DNA of 64,000 nt from Daphnia carinata (lineage: Eukaryota). The position numbers and the translations under genes are program-made. Of the stretch, positions 13,149 to 24,700 are shown piece by piece. Numbering within the stretch: position 1 is the first letter of the stretch; each line of letters opens with the position of its first letter. The stretch spans positions 6,758,001-6,822,000 of the forward strand of contig NC_081332.1 of assembly GCF_022539665.2 (NCBI RefSeq). The letters run 5' to 3'. Below the pieces are notes generated by a model that had not been told where the DNA came from, made no database searches, and saw nothing but the letters and a program-made list of their open reading frames with translations.

Positions 13149-13754
13149 TTCAGGTTTAATTGCACCCGAGACTAGCAAGACAAGAACTTGTGCAAGTTGC
13201 TTTTCTAAAATACCGTTGAACACTAGGCAAACCTCACTTGCAACCCGAAATTGCTTTGAATTTATCGATCAGTTTATCTGTAAAGCATAGAATATAACCT
13301 ACGAGTCCAATGCAGATAATGATTTGTTATCGCGTCGTCTACCTGTTGATACGTGTGAAATGTCAGTAAGGTTTTTCCATTTGCTCCTTACAATCACTTC
13401 ACATCATTTTTAGGGGATTTTTGCAACTGATTTATCAAATGATTTTGCATCAAATTAATAATTTGCTCATATTGTCTTTCTAATCGTTTCTTTTAAGGTT
13501 TTCTGGGTGTAAAACGATTTATCATAGCGCTTTAATAATTGCGTTCTGCACTGTTCGCTTTCGACACTTATACCTTATCGAATATTTTCTCGTTATCTTT
13601 CCTGAAGCTTTTCCCCCTGACGCGAAAGCAGTTTGACGATGATAAATGATTTCTTTCGTCTGCCTTTTAAGCGAACGGGAAACAAAGACACTAAAATTCG
13701 TGACAATAAAACAGGTCAAGATCACTACTCGAATATTTTTATTGTATTGTTTAT

Positions 13755-15400
13755 TTAATCAGCTCGAAAATCGGTAGGAAAGAAAATCTTTTTCTGTGAA
13801 CAGTTTAAAGCTTTGACTTCGCTTATGAGTTTCACAAGACGGTCAGTTAGAATTGGGTTATCGCTCAACTTTTGGCTGGCCGTCATGTTCTTCATCGTTT
13901 CTTCCAGTTCGAGACTGAATCCACTTTCGCCTTTGATCGTTTCCGCATCGATCCCTACATTATTTAACAGTTGAAAATAAAATGAATCCAGAAAAGATAG
14001 GAGAGTACACAGACCTGGTTTAGGTCCCTTCAGCTTTTCCTCGGCATCCAGCTCTTTTAAATCGTTGACGGCTGTCTTGTTGAGGGAAGCCGACATAACA
14101 ACGATGCCCATCAACATCCACATCAGCGATCTCTTCTTGTAATCGTCCAAAAAATCTTGCCAAGTGTAGTCATCGAACGAAACGCCAAGTAACCTCAAAT
14201 CAGTCATTAAAGTATCGAAATAATAACGAAGTAAAACGAGCATGTGTTTCTCTCTCGTCTCCGGAGCGGCACTCGAGTACATGAAGTAGAGGATATCATT
14301 GAGAGGATGGCCAATTCTAGCCACTTGAAAATCAATCATTTTAAAGGCAATTGGTTTAGAATTGGGTTTGCCATCGTCTTCGTATTTGAACAGCATGTTG
14401 TTGAGCCAATAATCGCCGTGCAAGATGCACGCTAATGGACCACTACTTTCAACCGTGTCGATCAGAACGACTTCGTGGATACGTTGCAGCACTTCGGCAA
14501 ACCAATCCACAAGCTGTGAATTAGCAAGACCTTTACTTGACTGGCATTATTGTAGAAAAATGAGTCTATATTTACATCGGGCCTGTTGGCTTCTTGGATA
14601 AAGTCCAGCATAGAGTTCGAAGAGTTTTGAATGTGTTGAGCCATACCGAAATCGTAAAACGTTTTCTCATCCTGGATAAATTTCGCATTTGGCGGGCAAT
14701 TCGATAGTTGGCAGGTGGATGGATCTTTCCACTGCCTCAACGCGTTGAGAGTAAGAGCGTGAAAATGAGCTAAGGATGTCAATGCCATGTGACAGTGACG
14801 ATAGTCAGCTCCTTGCGTTTTATCGGCCATGCGATAATTTTCTGCTTTGAGGTCTTGGAGCAAGATGCAAATACCAGACCCATCCGTTTCGCCCTTGACA
14901 ACCTCCTCCACATGGGTGTAGTAGCAATCTGGGACATTGAACGGTATCGGTTGATCAGCATACATTTCCCGGATGAGGCCAAAGAAATGATCGTACATCT
15001 TGATCTCGCGATGATGGACGCCAGATTGATAAGCTGCTTGACGTAGCAAGAAATTCGCAGGCAATACCTAAGCACGACATACTTACTACTTTTTTTTATT
15101 AGAGCAATTCTTTTTAAACGGATTTACCTTGACAAAGGTGCTCAAGGTGTTAGCTTCACTTTTAATGGCGCCGCTGATTTGAGCCTTAACAATAAATGTG
15201 TCGCTCATGAAATTGTCTCCTAGACTGGACGCAGGTCTGACCACAACATGCACTTGTCCGTAGTTGGGCAGGTCATCGTAAGTGATGCCATCGATGTGAT
15301 CTTTTGCCAAAGAGATCAGCTGACTCGATAATTTTTTGGATTCGAAGAGTGTTCGCCAAAACGTTTGATGTTCCACCAGGTTATTTATTGTGCCCGTCAT
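13755..15400 (-). CDS. EcKL protein 2, 4 coding exons
   Basis: exons 15400-15128, 15067-14576, 14513-14015, 13954-13755; HGDYWLNNMLF, IDFQ; same intron positions as EcKL1. Confidence 0.9.
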
Positions 15401-16000
15401 GGTGACGATCTCAGCTGACTGAAGTCGGCAGGTTGGACACAAAGACGAAGGATGAAGTTCAGATTGTAACTAGAAGATGGAATAAAATTTTTGTGGCTTT
15501 TTTTTTTCGCCAACGTTAATTTGAGCTTCCTTTTTTACCTTGGAATGTAGAAAAGAAAAGAGCAGAAACAACTGCGATGTGGACGTATCAAAAGCAAATG
15601 CACAACTTGCGTAGTAGAGAGATAACGGAACTTGAGTAAATAATGAACCGGTGGTCAGTCGAGGTCCAGTCGGAATCCGAAGTGTACAACAACATGCACC
15701 GAGGGCACAATGCCTTTAGATATGGAATAATGGCCTATAATTTTGTCATCTGTATTCTTATCTCTCAATATTGCATTTTTATACTAATAATCAAATGAAA
15801 GCTGCTTTTGTTTTTTTAGAGAAAGGCTTATATGTTTAATGGCGTGTTGCATCTTTCATACTTTTAACAGTTGAAAACATTTGTTTTATTTGGTCGGAAC
15901 TCTATAGATAGTTGTTTGCCAAATGAAAACAAGTTTGACACTTTTTGCAAGTGGTTGAAAAAAATTTTTATTTATCAAGTGGACGTTAAGAATTCCGTAT

Positions 16001-17654
16001 TTATGGCGTATTATGTAGGCTATAAACTTCCGTGATGAGTTTCAAAAGACGATCAGTTAAAATTGGATTATCGCTCAGTTTGTGAGAAGTCATCATGTTC
16101 TTTATCGTCTCCTCAAATGAGGCGCTCTTCCCACTGAACTCTTCTTCATGTGTTTCATTAACTATAAGCAAATGCGATAATAAAAATGAAATTTTTCGAA
16201 TGCCACCTCAATGATAAAAGATGGTATACCAGGTCCTTTGCTGCTTGTCCCTTTAAGGTGTTCTTCCTCATCCAAATGTTGCATCGTAGACACGACGGCT
16301 TTAGCCAGTCCCATGGACATGATCAAGCCACCAAAGATTAGGCCCATCAACGATCTCTTCTTATAATCGTTTAGAAAATCTTGCCAGGTGTAATAATGAA
16401 GTGTAACACCAAACAGCCGCAAGTCGGCATTCAACGTATCAAAATAATGACGTAACAATCCCTGCATGTGTCGCTGTCTAACCTCTGGTTTGGCACTGGC
16501 GTACATGAAATAGAGGATGTCAGTCACTGGATGGCCAACTCTCGAAAGTTGAAAGTCAATCAACTTCAAGGAAACGGGAATGTTGTTGATTCCACCTTGC
16601 TGAGCTTCATCTGAATATTTGAATAGAATATTGTTGTTCCAAAAGTCTCCATGTAGTACGCAGGCCAGTGGTCCACACGATTGCACCGTATCAACAAGGA
16701 CGACTTCAGACAGCCGATCGTCCATCAACTTTTGAAGCCATTCAGCCAGCTAATTAATGATGTCGTAAAGGATAAAGATTAGGTACTAACTTTCGTGTAA
16801 TTAAAATTTCTAATCAGCTTACGTCTGGTCTTTTAACATCTTGGGTAAACTCGATCATACGATTGCAAAAGTCTTTGGCAGTTTGAACCGCACTGAATTC
16901 GTAAACAGTCTTTTCCTGCGTTAAAAACCTTGCAGAGTGTGGCAAATTGGATAATTCGCCAGTGGACGGATCTTGCCACGTTCTCACGGCATTCAGAGTT
17001 AAAGCGTGATAATGAGCCAGTGAAGTTAATGCCATGTGGCAGTGCCGGTAATCAGCCCCTCCAAATTTATCCGACATGCAATAACCTTGCGATGAAAGAT
17101 CCTCGAGGACAATGCAAGTGCCTGATCCATCCGTCTTGTCTTGGACAATTTCTTCAATGTTGACGTAGTAAATATTAGGGACATCGAGCGTGATGGGTTG
17201 TCCAACATGCATTTCGCGCAGGAGGCCGAAGAAACGAAGGTACATGTGCATCTCGTGATGATGAGTGTGCGATTCATAAGCTGCTTGACGCAGCAATAGG
17301 TTGGAAGGCAGTATCTGGTTTTGGCATAAAAGCAAAACTCTCCATAATTCAAACGAAATAAATAAACGAAATTAAGAAAAATCTGTTTTCTACCTTGGCA
17401 AAGGCCTTATAAGTCTTGGTCGTGTAACGTCGCTTCAATTGGGCTGACACGGTGAACGTGTCGCTCATAAAATTATCCCCGAGATTGGATGCGGAATGGA
17501 CTGAGACATGTACTTGTCCGTTTTGGGGCATGTCGTCGTACGTAACACCGTCAACAGTTGCCAACAAGGCCAATTTTGGAGCTAACTGTTTCTCTTCAAA
17601 AAGCGTTTTCCAAAAGAGTTGATGTTCTGCCAGCTCCATGCCAACATCTGCCAT
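16001..17654 (-). CDS. EcKL protein 3, 4 coding exons
   Basis: exons 17654-17394, 17314-16823, 16749-16230, 16161-16001; HGDFWNNNILF, IDFQ; last exon ends ...LSDNPILTDRLLKLITEVYSLHNTP*. Confidence 0.9.
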
Positions 17655-17997
17655 GTTGTCGAATAATTCCTGTTCCTGACCGATGGAATTACGCGAAAAT
17701 AAAATAAGAGTGATAGTCACTTCTTACTTAGCTTACTTTTGTAACTTAAAAAACTAACTGGAGAAGTACGTTTTAAACCTTATGCCACCGAGTAACACGG
17801 AAGGGTTTGATGGCATCCAAATGAATCAATCTGATCTTGACGTTAGGCTTTTTGTCTGCTAAAGTAACGGGTTCTACCCAAAGAACGAAATGGGGAAAAA
17901 CACTTGATTAAAAGATAAAAAATGACCAAAATTTCCAGGTGAAGAAGTTGGCATCGATTTATTCAGGCAGAGCCACGTAGGAAAAAGAATAACGTAC

Positions 17998-19013
17998 TTT
18001 GATAAAGGTACTCAGCGTCTGAGTCTTGTTTTCCGATGCTGTAAGTTGAGCTGTTACAATGAAAGTATCATAAGGCAATATGTACTACTTAGTACATAAT
18101 CGCGCCTACAGTTTTCTTTATGGGGAAAGTGTGTGTGGCCGCCCTTAGGGCTTTGTTTGGTTGCTTTGATGGTTAAACCGTCAAAGTTAAACCAGTTAAA
18201 GAAAAATGCGTGTAGCGCAGAATTATATAAATTCGGTTTATATAAATTTATATTTTTATATAAATATAAATACATTATTATAAATACATTATTATATAAT
18301 ACACAATATAATATGATAATGTATATAAATTACATTATTATAAATACACATATATTATATTACTATATATTAAAACGTACAATTATATTTATATATTTTA
18401 CATACATACAATTATAATATATATATTACTATTATATATATCAAATATATGTACAATAGTTATGGTGAAGTAACATAAATATAAACATAAAGTTGTAATT
18501 GTAATCATCGATTTATTTAACAGGCAGAGCATAATTTTAGAAGGGGGAGGGGGTGTGTGAAAAAGACGTGAGGTCAAAAAAAAGAATTTTAAGATGCTAT
18601 ATTTAACCCCAAAAACTACGTTTGAAAAAGTGGTTTTTGATAAACCATTATGGCGGCCATTTTTTTACCGCGCCAAGTTCAAATTTTAAAAAGTGTAAAA
18701 AAGTGTAAAAAATTTGAATTATAACACATATTTACATTTTGTTTGATAAAGGATATATCTCAGCGTCTGAGTCTTGTTTTCCGATGCTGTAAGTTGAGCT
18801 GTTACAATGAAAGTATCGCTCATAAAATTGTCCCCTAGGCTGGAGGTGGATTCGGCCACAACATGCACTTGTCCGTAGTGGGGCAGGTCATCGTAAGTGA
18901 CGCCATCGATATGATCTATTGCTAGAGAGGCCAGTTGGGCTGCCAATTTCTTCGCCTCAAAGAGTCTTCCAGAAATGCTGCCGACCTGCCAAGCTCTTCA
19001 CTTGTCTAGTCAT
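17998..19013 (-). pseudogene. EcKL exon-1 remnant with a frameshift, interrupted by an insertion
   Basis: MTRQVKSLAGRQHFWKTL, frameshift near 18960, then LAAQLASLAIDHIDGVTYDDLPHYGQVHVV...SLGDNFMSDTFIVTAQL; donor site at 17997 but no exon 2. Confidence 0.85.
18070..18741. mobile_element. AT-rich repeat-family insertion flanked by a long direct duplication
   Basis: 59-bp exact direct repeat at 18011-18069 and 18759-18817; internal part 18175-18350 matches the reverse complement of ~46187-46335. Confidence 0.65.
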
Positions 19014-19934
19014 CTTTCGTTATTCTGATTTGCATACGTCTTTTATTTTATTTAAAGAATTTAAAATATTTAAATTTAGGTTTTACCTTGGGGTTTGAAT
19101 TTCAAGAATCGAGAGGAAGTAATAGAAGAAATGGGAAGACTGCAGTCAAAGTACTGGAGGTAGTATGTCGAAAGCACAATACTATCTAATAAAAGCGTAT
19201 CCCAAAGGTCTAATTTTTCTGTTCTAATACCATCTCGTTATCACCGAAAAAAATACGCTGCGACTAAAAATAAAAACAAGTGGGCAAATCAAAATCACAA
19301 GACGTCCAATAGACGACGATCTGCTTTTCGATATCTCTCCGTGTAGAATGATAGAGACCTTCAGTACTTCCTATACGTGTTGCTGGCTTTTTGGGATTTT
19401 CTGTCTATTTTGCACCTGTTGAAATGCCGAGTCACGTTAGTATGTTTGTATGGGCGAGATGGAATCGATATCATCTCGTCCTTGACGATGTGTTACTTCA
19501 AACGCGTTGACCAGCACCCCATAAACAAGCACTGTAAACGACCTAGCAACTGGGCAATAAATCACATTAATATAATCAACCTCTGTGTTTACGTCTACCT
19601 GTTCGGTGTGAAGAATAGATGCAAGGCCGACTGGCTTATCACAAAAAGGCTTTTTATCAAAACGCACGACTTAGAATAGAAATTTTTGTACAAAAGATCT
19701 ACTATACGTTATCGCACTTAGTCTAGTTAAGTCAGGCATCCTTAAGTCTAACGAGTTAATGTTTTGTATTCGGCACGTAGACCTGCCAAACAAAATGCAA
19801 TCAAAAACTTGCAGGTCAAACATGTACTGTTGAATTTAGCTCAGTCATGCTATGATTCGTGGCATACCTTATCATTCTGAGAGTAAGCCGGACATAGTTT
19901 TTTGGATACGTAATGGACAAGTTTTCAATGCTTG

Positions 19935-20012
19935 AGTCGCCATCATGTTCTTCATCTTTTCCTCCATTTCGAGGCTCATTCTACTTTCGCCCTTCACTGG
20001 TTCCACGTCCGT
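19935..20012 (-). pseudogene. Remnant of the last exon of an EcKL1 duplicate
   Basis: gtcgccatcatgttctt...tttcctccatttcgaggctcatt.cactttcgccctt.actggttccac matches 5481-5552 (DVEPVKGES.MSLEMEE..KNMMAT). Confidence 0.85.
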
Positions 20013-21775
20013 ATCTACACGTTTGCCAAAATGTGAAATGCATAGAAATTAAATAATCAAACACCCATCAATACCAGTATTTATAATAATTGTAATAATA
20101 ATAATTTTTTAGGGAGCGAATTTCTGTACCCGATGTAGGACCTTACTAAATATTAAACGAATTGTCGCAGTCATCTCGTTGCACACACTGAGAGAAAACC
20201 ATTCCTCCTACTTTTCTTCGGGCACGTGTACCGTACCGATTTCGCTGATTGATCGTGTAAGAATCGATATAATCATTGGAAGACTATTTTCATTTTGGAA
20301 TGCATTATTCCAAATGTTAAAAAAATATAATTTTAGAAATGTTTTATTTAAAATATGTGTACTACTAGACAAGAAAAATTTATGATATCGGATAAAGAAA
20401 ATGGAATTACATAGTATTTGGGTTTCACTGCACATGTTTATAACACACCCGCCTTCTCACCATGGGCGCTAGAGGTACGGGAAGTAAAACCATGCTGGCT
20501 AGCTCAGGGACAAAAGGCAATGAGACACGAGTTCTCCCGCCTATGGAACAATAGCTCAACGATGGTTCAATGAACCTGGTAAGTTGTGTTATCTTTAACA
20601 ACAAATTGCCTGTTTCTTTTTCAAATCGAGCAGAGTTCTCTGTAACCCATGTTTTCCTTTCGTCTATTATTTATCATCTTCGTCTTTTTGAATTTTTCAA
20701 ATTCTTGCTAAATGAGATCTTACAGTCTCCTTGTAAAGTTTCTCTCCCACCCCCACAAAAAAATTCCAGTTTTATCGCTCAACTCTAGTGTCTAGTCCTC
20801 CCTAAGGATGACTTGCCTTACCTGAAAATACTGAGAACAAAATGGGACAGTTTATAAGTGAGAACTAGTTTAGAGTTGAGAGAAATAACTGAAATAGTTC
20901 ATAAGTACTGGAAAAAAGACAAAAACAGTTAATGTACGTGAGATAATTCGTACAATAAGAATTACACGGCAACAAGTTGGAGTGTGTAGCATTGACTTCA
21001 GCATGGAAAACTACTCGAAAAATGTTATACGTTCCGCGCGCCACCACCGGCAAGACTGAGCATGTCTACCGAGCCCGTAGTAGGGATCAGTGCTTTTCAC
21101 TTTAGTCTCTGGTCTGGTGGAGTGCGACAATGTGCAGTAGTGAATTTGTGTCCCATGAACGTGCACCTTTTCCTTTTGCTTCTTCGCCAGTATGTGAGAG
21201 CGTTGCCACCTTTTCTTTGCTGGACATAAACGCAGGTAAGGAATTTGTCATGCAATCAATGACGTAAATTTGTTTAGACAATAATACTATAGTCTATTGA
21301 CACGAAAGAAAAATGTTACATTTCTGTGGTAAATACAGTCGCATCTAAGGCAGAGCCTGGATCATTCGACTAGGCTTGCACGCTGGTCAATTTTAATATT
21401 TTTCGATTCATGGCCGTCGTAAGAAACTTGGACATTTTGGATCGATATTGCTTGCAACATGTGCCTGCTTCAGTGGGGAATGTGTTAGAAATAATGGATC
21501 ATCTGCAAATCATTTGTTGTCCTCTAATATTGAGCCAAATGTTTACAGCGCCGTTCTTTTTTACTAAATGATCATTTTTTTTATTGTTTCTTTTTTTGCA
21601 GAATTTGTTGCAGAATTTAGCGAGTCCTGGTGAAGAAACAGGCAAACTTGGTTTTAAAGCCGGCCATTGATTTAAATCATTACTTAAACTTAGATGCGTT
21701 GATATTTCAGTTCGAAACTTATACTCTTTGCGATTGATCAGTTTATGCAGTTAACCGTATTTTATCAAGTCTCGT

Positions 21776-24700
21776 TTATTGCAACGTAACGTTTTCTTTG
21801 CCTGTTTCTCTTGTGTTCACAAGAGAAACAGGCCTTAATATCGTTGTAATTGCACCACATCCGGTACTAAAGATTTCGTCTACGTTGCAGTTTCTAAGAA
21901 CTGGATTGCTCCGACTCAAATGGAGTGCATTTGATCTAGAGAAAGAGGTCTTCACATTTTTGTCGAAGCCAAGTTCGATCATGAGTTTAATTGCATCGAC
22001 TAAGTGTGGGCTTAAACTGAATCGACACATAATATGAAGCGCATTCCACCCCCCGTTGGTTGTTGCATTTTTGTCAATACCGAGTTCAATCAAGAGATTA
22101 ATCGCATCGATTAATTGTGGGCTTGAATTGAATCGACACAAAACATGAAGCGCGTTCCATCCCCCGTCGGTTGTTGCGTTTATGTCAATGCCGAATTCAA
22201 TCAAGCGTTTAATCACATCGATTAAGTGTGGGCTTGAATTGTCATAACACAAAAGATGAAGCGCATTCCATCCGTTGTTGGTTTTTGCGTTTTTGTCGAT
22301 GAGTTTGATCAAGAGTGTAATTGCATCTATCAAGTGTTGGCTTGAATTGTTAAAACACAAAAGATGAAGCGCATTCCATCCATCTTGGTCCTTTGCGTCC
22401 TTGTCGACACCGAGTTCAATCAAGAGATTAATTGCATCGATTAAGTGTGGGCTTGTATTGTCATCACACAAAAGATGAAGTGCATTCATTCCATCGTTGG
22501 TTTTTGCGTTTTTGTCGATGCCGAGATCGATCAAGAGATTAATCGCATCGATTAAGTGTGGGGTTGAATTGTTACAACACAAAAGATGAAGCGCATTGCA
22601 TCCCTTGTTGTTTTTTACGTTTTTGTCGATACCGAGTTCAATCAAGAGATTAATTGCCTCGATTAAGTGTGGGCTTGAATTGTTTACACACAAAAGATGA
22701 AGCGCATTGTATCCAGCGTTTGTTTTAGCGTTTATGTCGACGCCGAGTTCGATCAAAAATGTAATTGCACCGATCAAGTATGGGCTAGAGTTGTATCGAC
22801 AAAGAAGATGAAGCGCATTCCATCCGTCTTTGTTTTTTTCGTTTTTGTCGAAACCAACTTCGATCAAGAGTTTGATTGCATCGATCAGCTGTGGGCCTGA
22901 ATTGTTTCGGCATAATAGAAGTAATGCACTGGATCCAGCGTTGGTACTTGCGTTTTTGTCGATCCCGAATTCGATCAAAAGTTTAATCGCATCGACTAAG
23001 TGTAGGCTCGCATTGTTAGAACACAAAAAATGAAGCGCATTCCATTCATCGTTGTTCTTTACGTTTATGTCGATGCCGAGTTCGATAAAGAGTTTAATCG
23101 CATCGATTAAGTGTGGGCTTGAACTGTTAGAACATAAAAGATGAAGCGCGTTGCATCCAGTATTCGTTTTTGCCTCTTTGTCGACACCAAGTTCGATCAA
23201 GAGTTTAATCGCATCAATTAAGTGTGGGCCTGAATTGTTTCGACACAAAAGATGAAGCGCATAAAATCCCTTGTTCTCCTTTGCGTCCTTGTCGATGCCG
23301 AATTCGATCAAGAGTTTAATTGCATCAATTAAGTGTGGGCCTGAATTGTTTCGACACAAAAAATGAAGCGCATTCCATTCATCGTTGTTCTTTACGTTTA
23401 TGTCGATGCCGAATTCGATCAAGAGTTTAATTGCATCAATTAAGTGTGGGCTTGAATTGTTTCGACACAAAAGATGAAGCGCATTAAATCCCTTGTTCTC
23501 CTTTGCGTCCTTGTCGATGCCGAATTCGATCAAGAGTTTAATTGCATCAATTAAGTGTGGGCTTGAATTGTATCGACACAAAACATGAAGCGCATTCCAT
23601 CCCTTGTCCTCCTCTGCGGATTTGTCGATGCCGAGTTCGATCAAGAGTTTAATCGCATCGATTAAGTGTTGACTGGAACTGTTAGAACACAAAAGATGAA
23701 GCGCGTTGCATCCAGTGTTCGTTTTTGCGTCTTTGTCGACACCGAGTTCGATCAAGAGTTTAATCGCATCAATTAAGTGTGGGCTTGAATTGTATCGACA
23801 CAAGAGATGAAGCGCATTCCATCCGTCGTTGTTTTTTTCGATTTCGTCGATACCGAGTTCGATCAAGAGTTCTATCGCATCGGTTAAGTGTGGGCTTGAA
23901 TTGTATCGACACAAATGATGAAGCGGATTCCATCTGTCTTTGTTTTTTTCGTTTTCGTTGTTGGAGAGTTCGATCAAGAGTTTAATCACATCGTTTAATC
24001 GCTTCCTTGAATTTTTTTGACACAAAAGATGAAACGCATCAGATGCAAAGTTTGTTCTTGCGTTTTTGTCGATGCCGAGTTTGATCAATAGTTTAATCGC
24101 ATCGATGAATTGTGGGCTCGAATTGTGAATACACAAAAGATTCAGTGCATTGCGTCCAGCGTTCGTTTTTGCGTTTGTGTCGAAGCCGATATCGATCAAA
24201 AGTTTAATTGCATCAATTAAGTGTGGGGTTGAATTGTATCGGCAAAGAAGATGAAGCGCATTCCATCCGCCATTGTTTTTTCCGTTTATGTCGATACCAA
24301 CTTCGATCAAGAGTTTAATAGCATCGATTAAGTGTGGGTTTGAATTGTGCCGACATAAATAATGAAGCGCATTCCATCCGTCTTGGTTTTTCTCGTTTAT
24401 GTCAATCCCGAGTTCGATCAAAAGTTTAATCGCATCGATTAAATGTGGGGTTGAATTGTTTCGACACAAAACATGAAGCGCGTTGCATCCAGTGTTCGTT
24501 TTTGCGCCTTTGTCGACACCAAGTTCGATCAAGAGTTTAATCGCATCAATTAAGTTTGGGCTTGAATTGTATCTACACAAAAGAAGAAGCGCATTCCATC
24601 CGTCTTTGTTTTTTCCGGTTTTGTCGATGCCCATTTCGATCATGAGTTTAATAGTATCGATTAAGTGTGGGTTTGAATTGTGCCGACACAAATAATGAAG

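Noticed and set aside
18230..18500. AT-rich low-complexity ORFs (also at 42830-43018 and 46021-46263)
   Set aside because: Simple-sequence or TIR DNA, not coding
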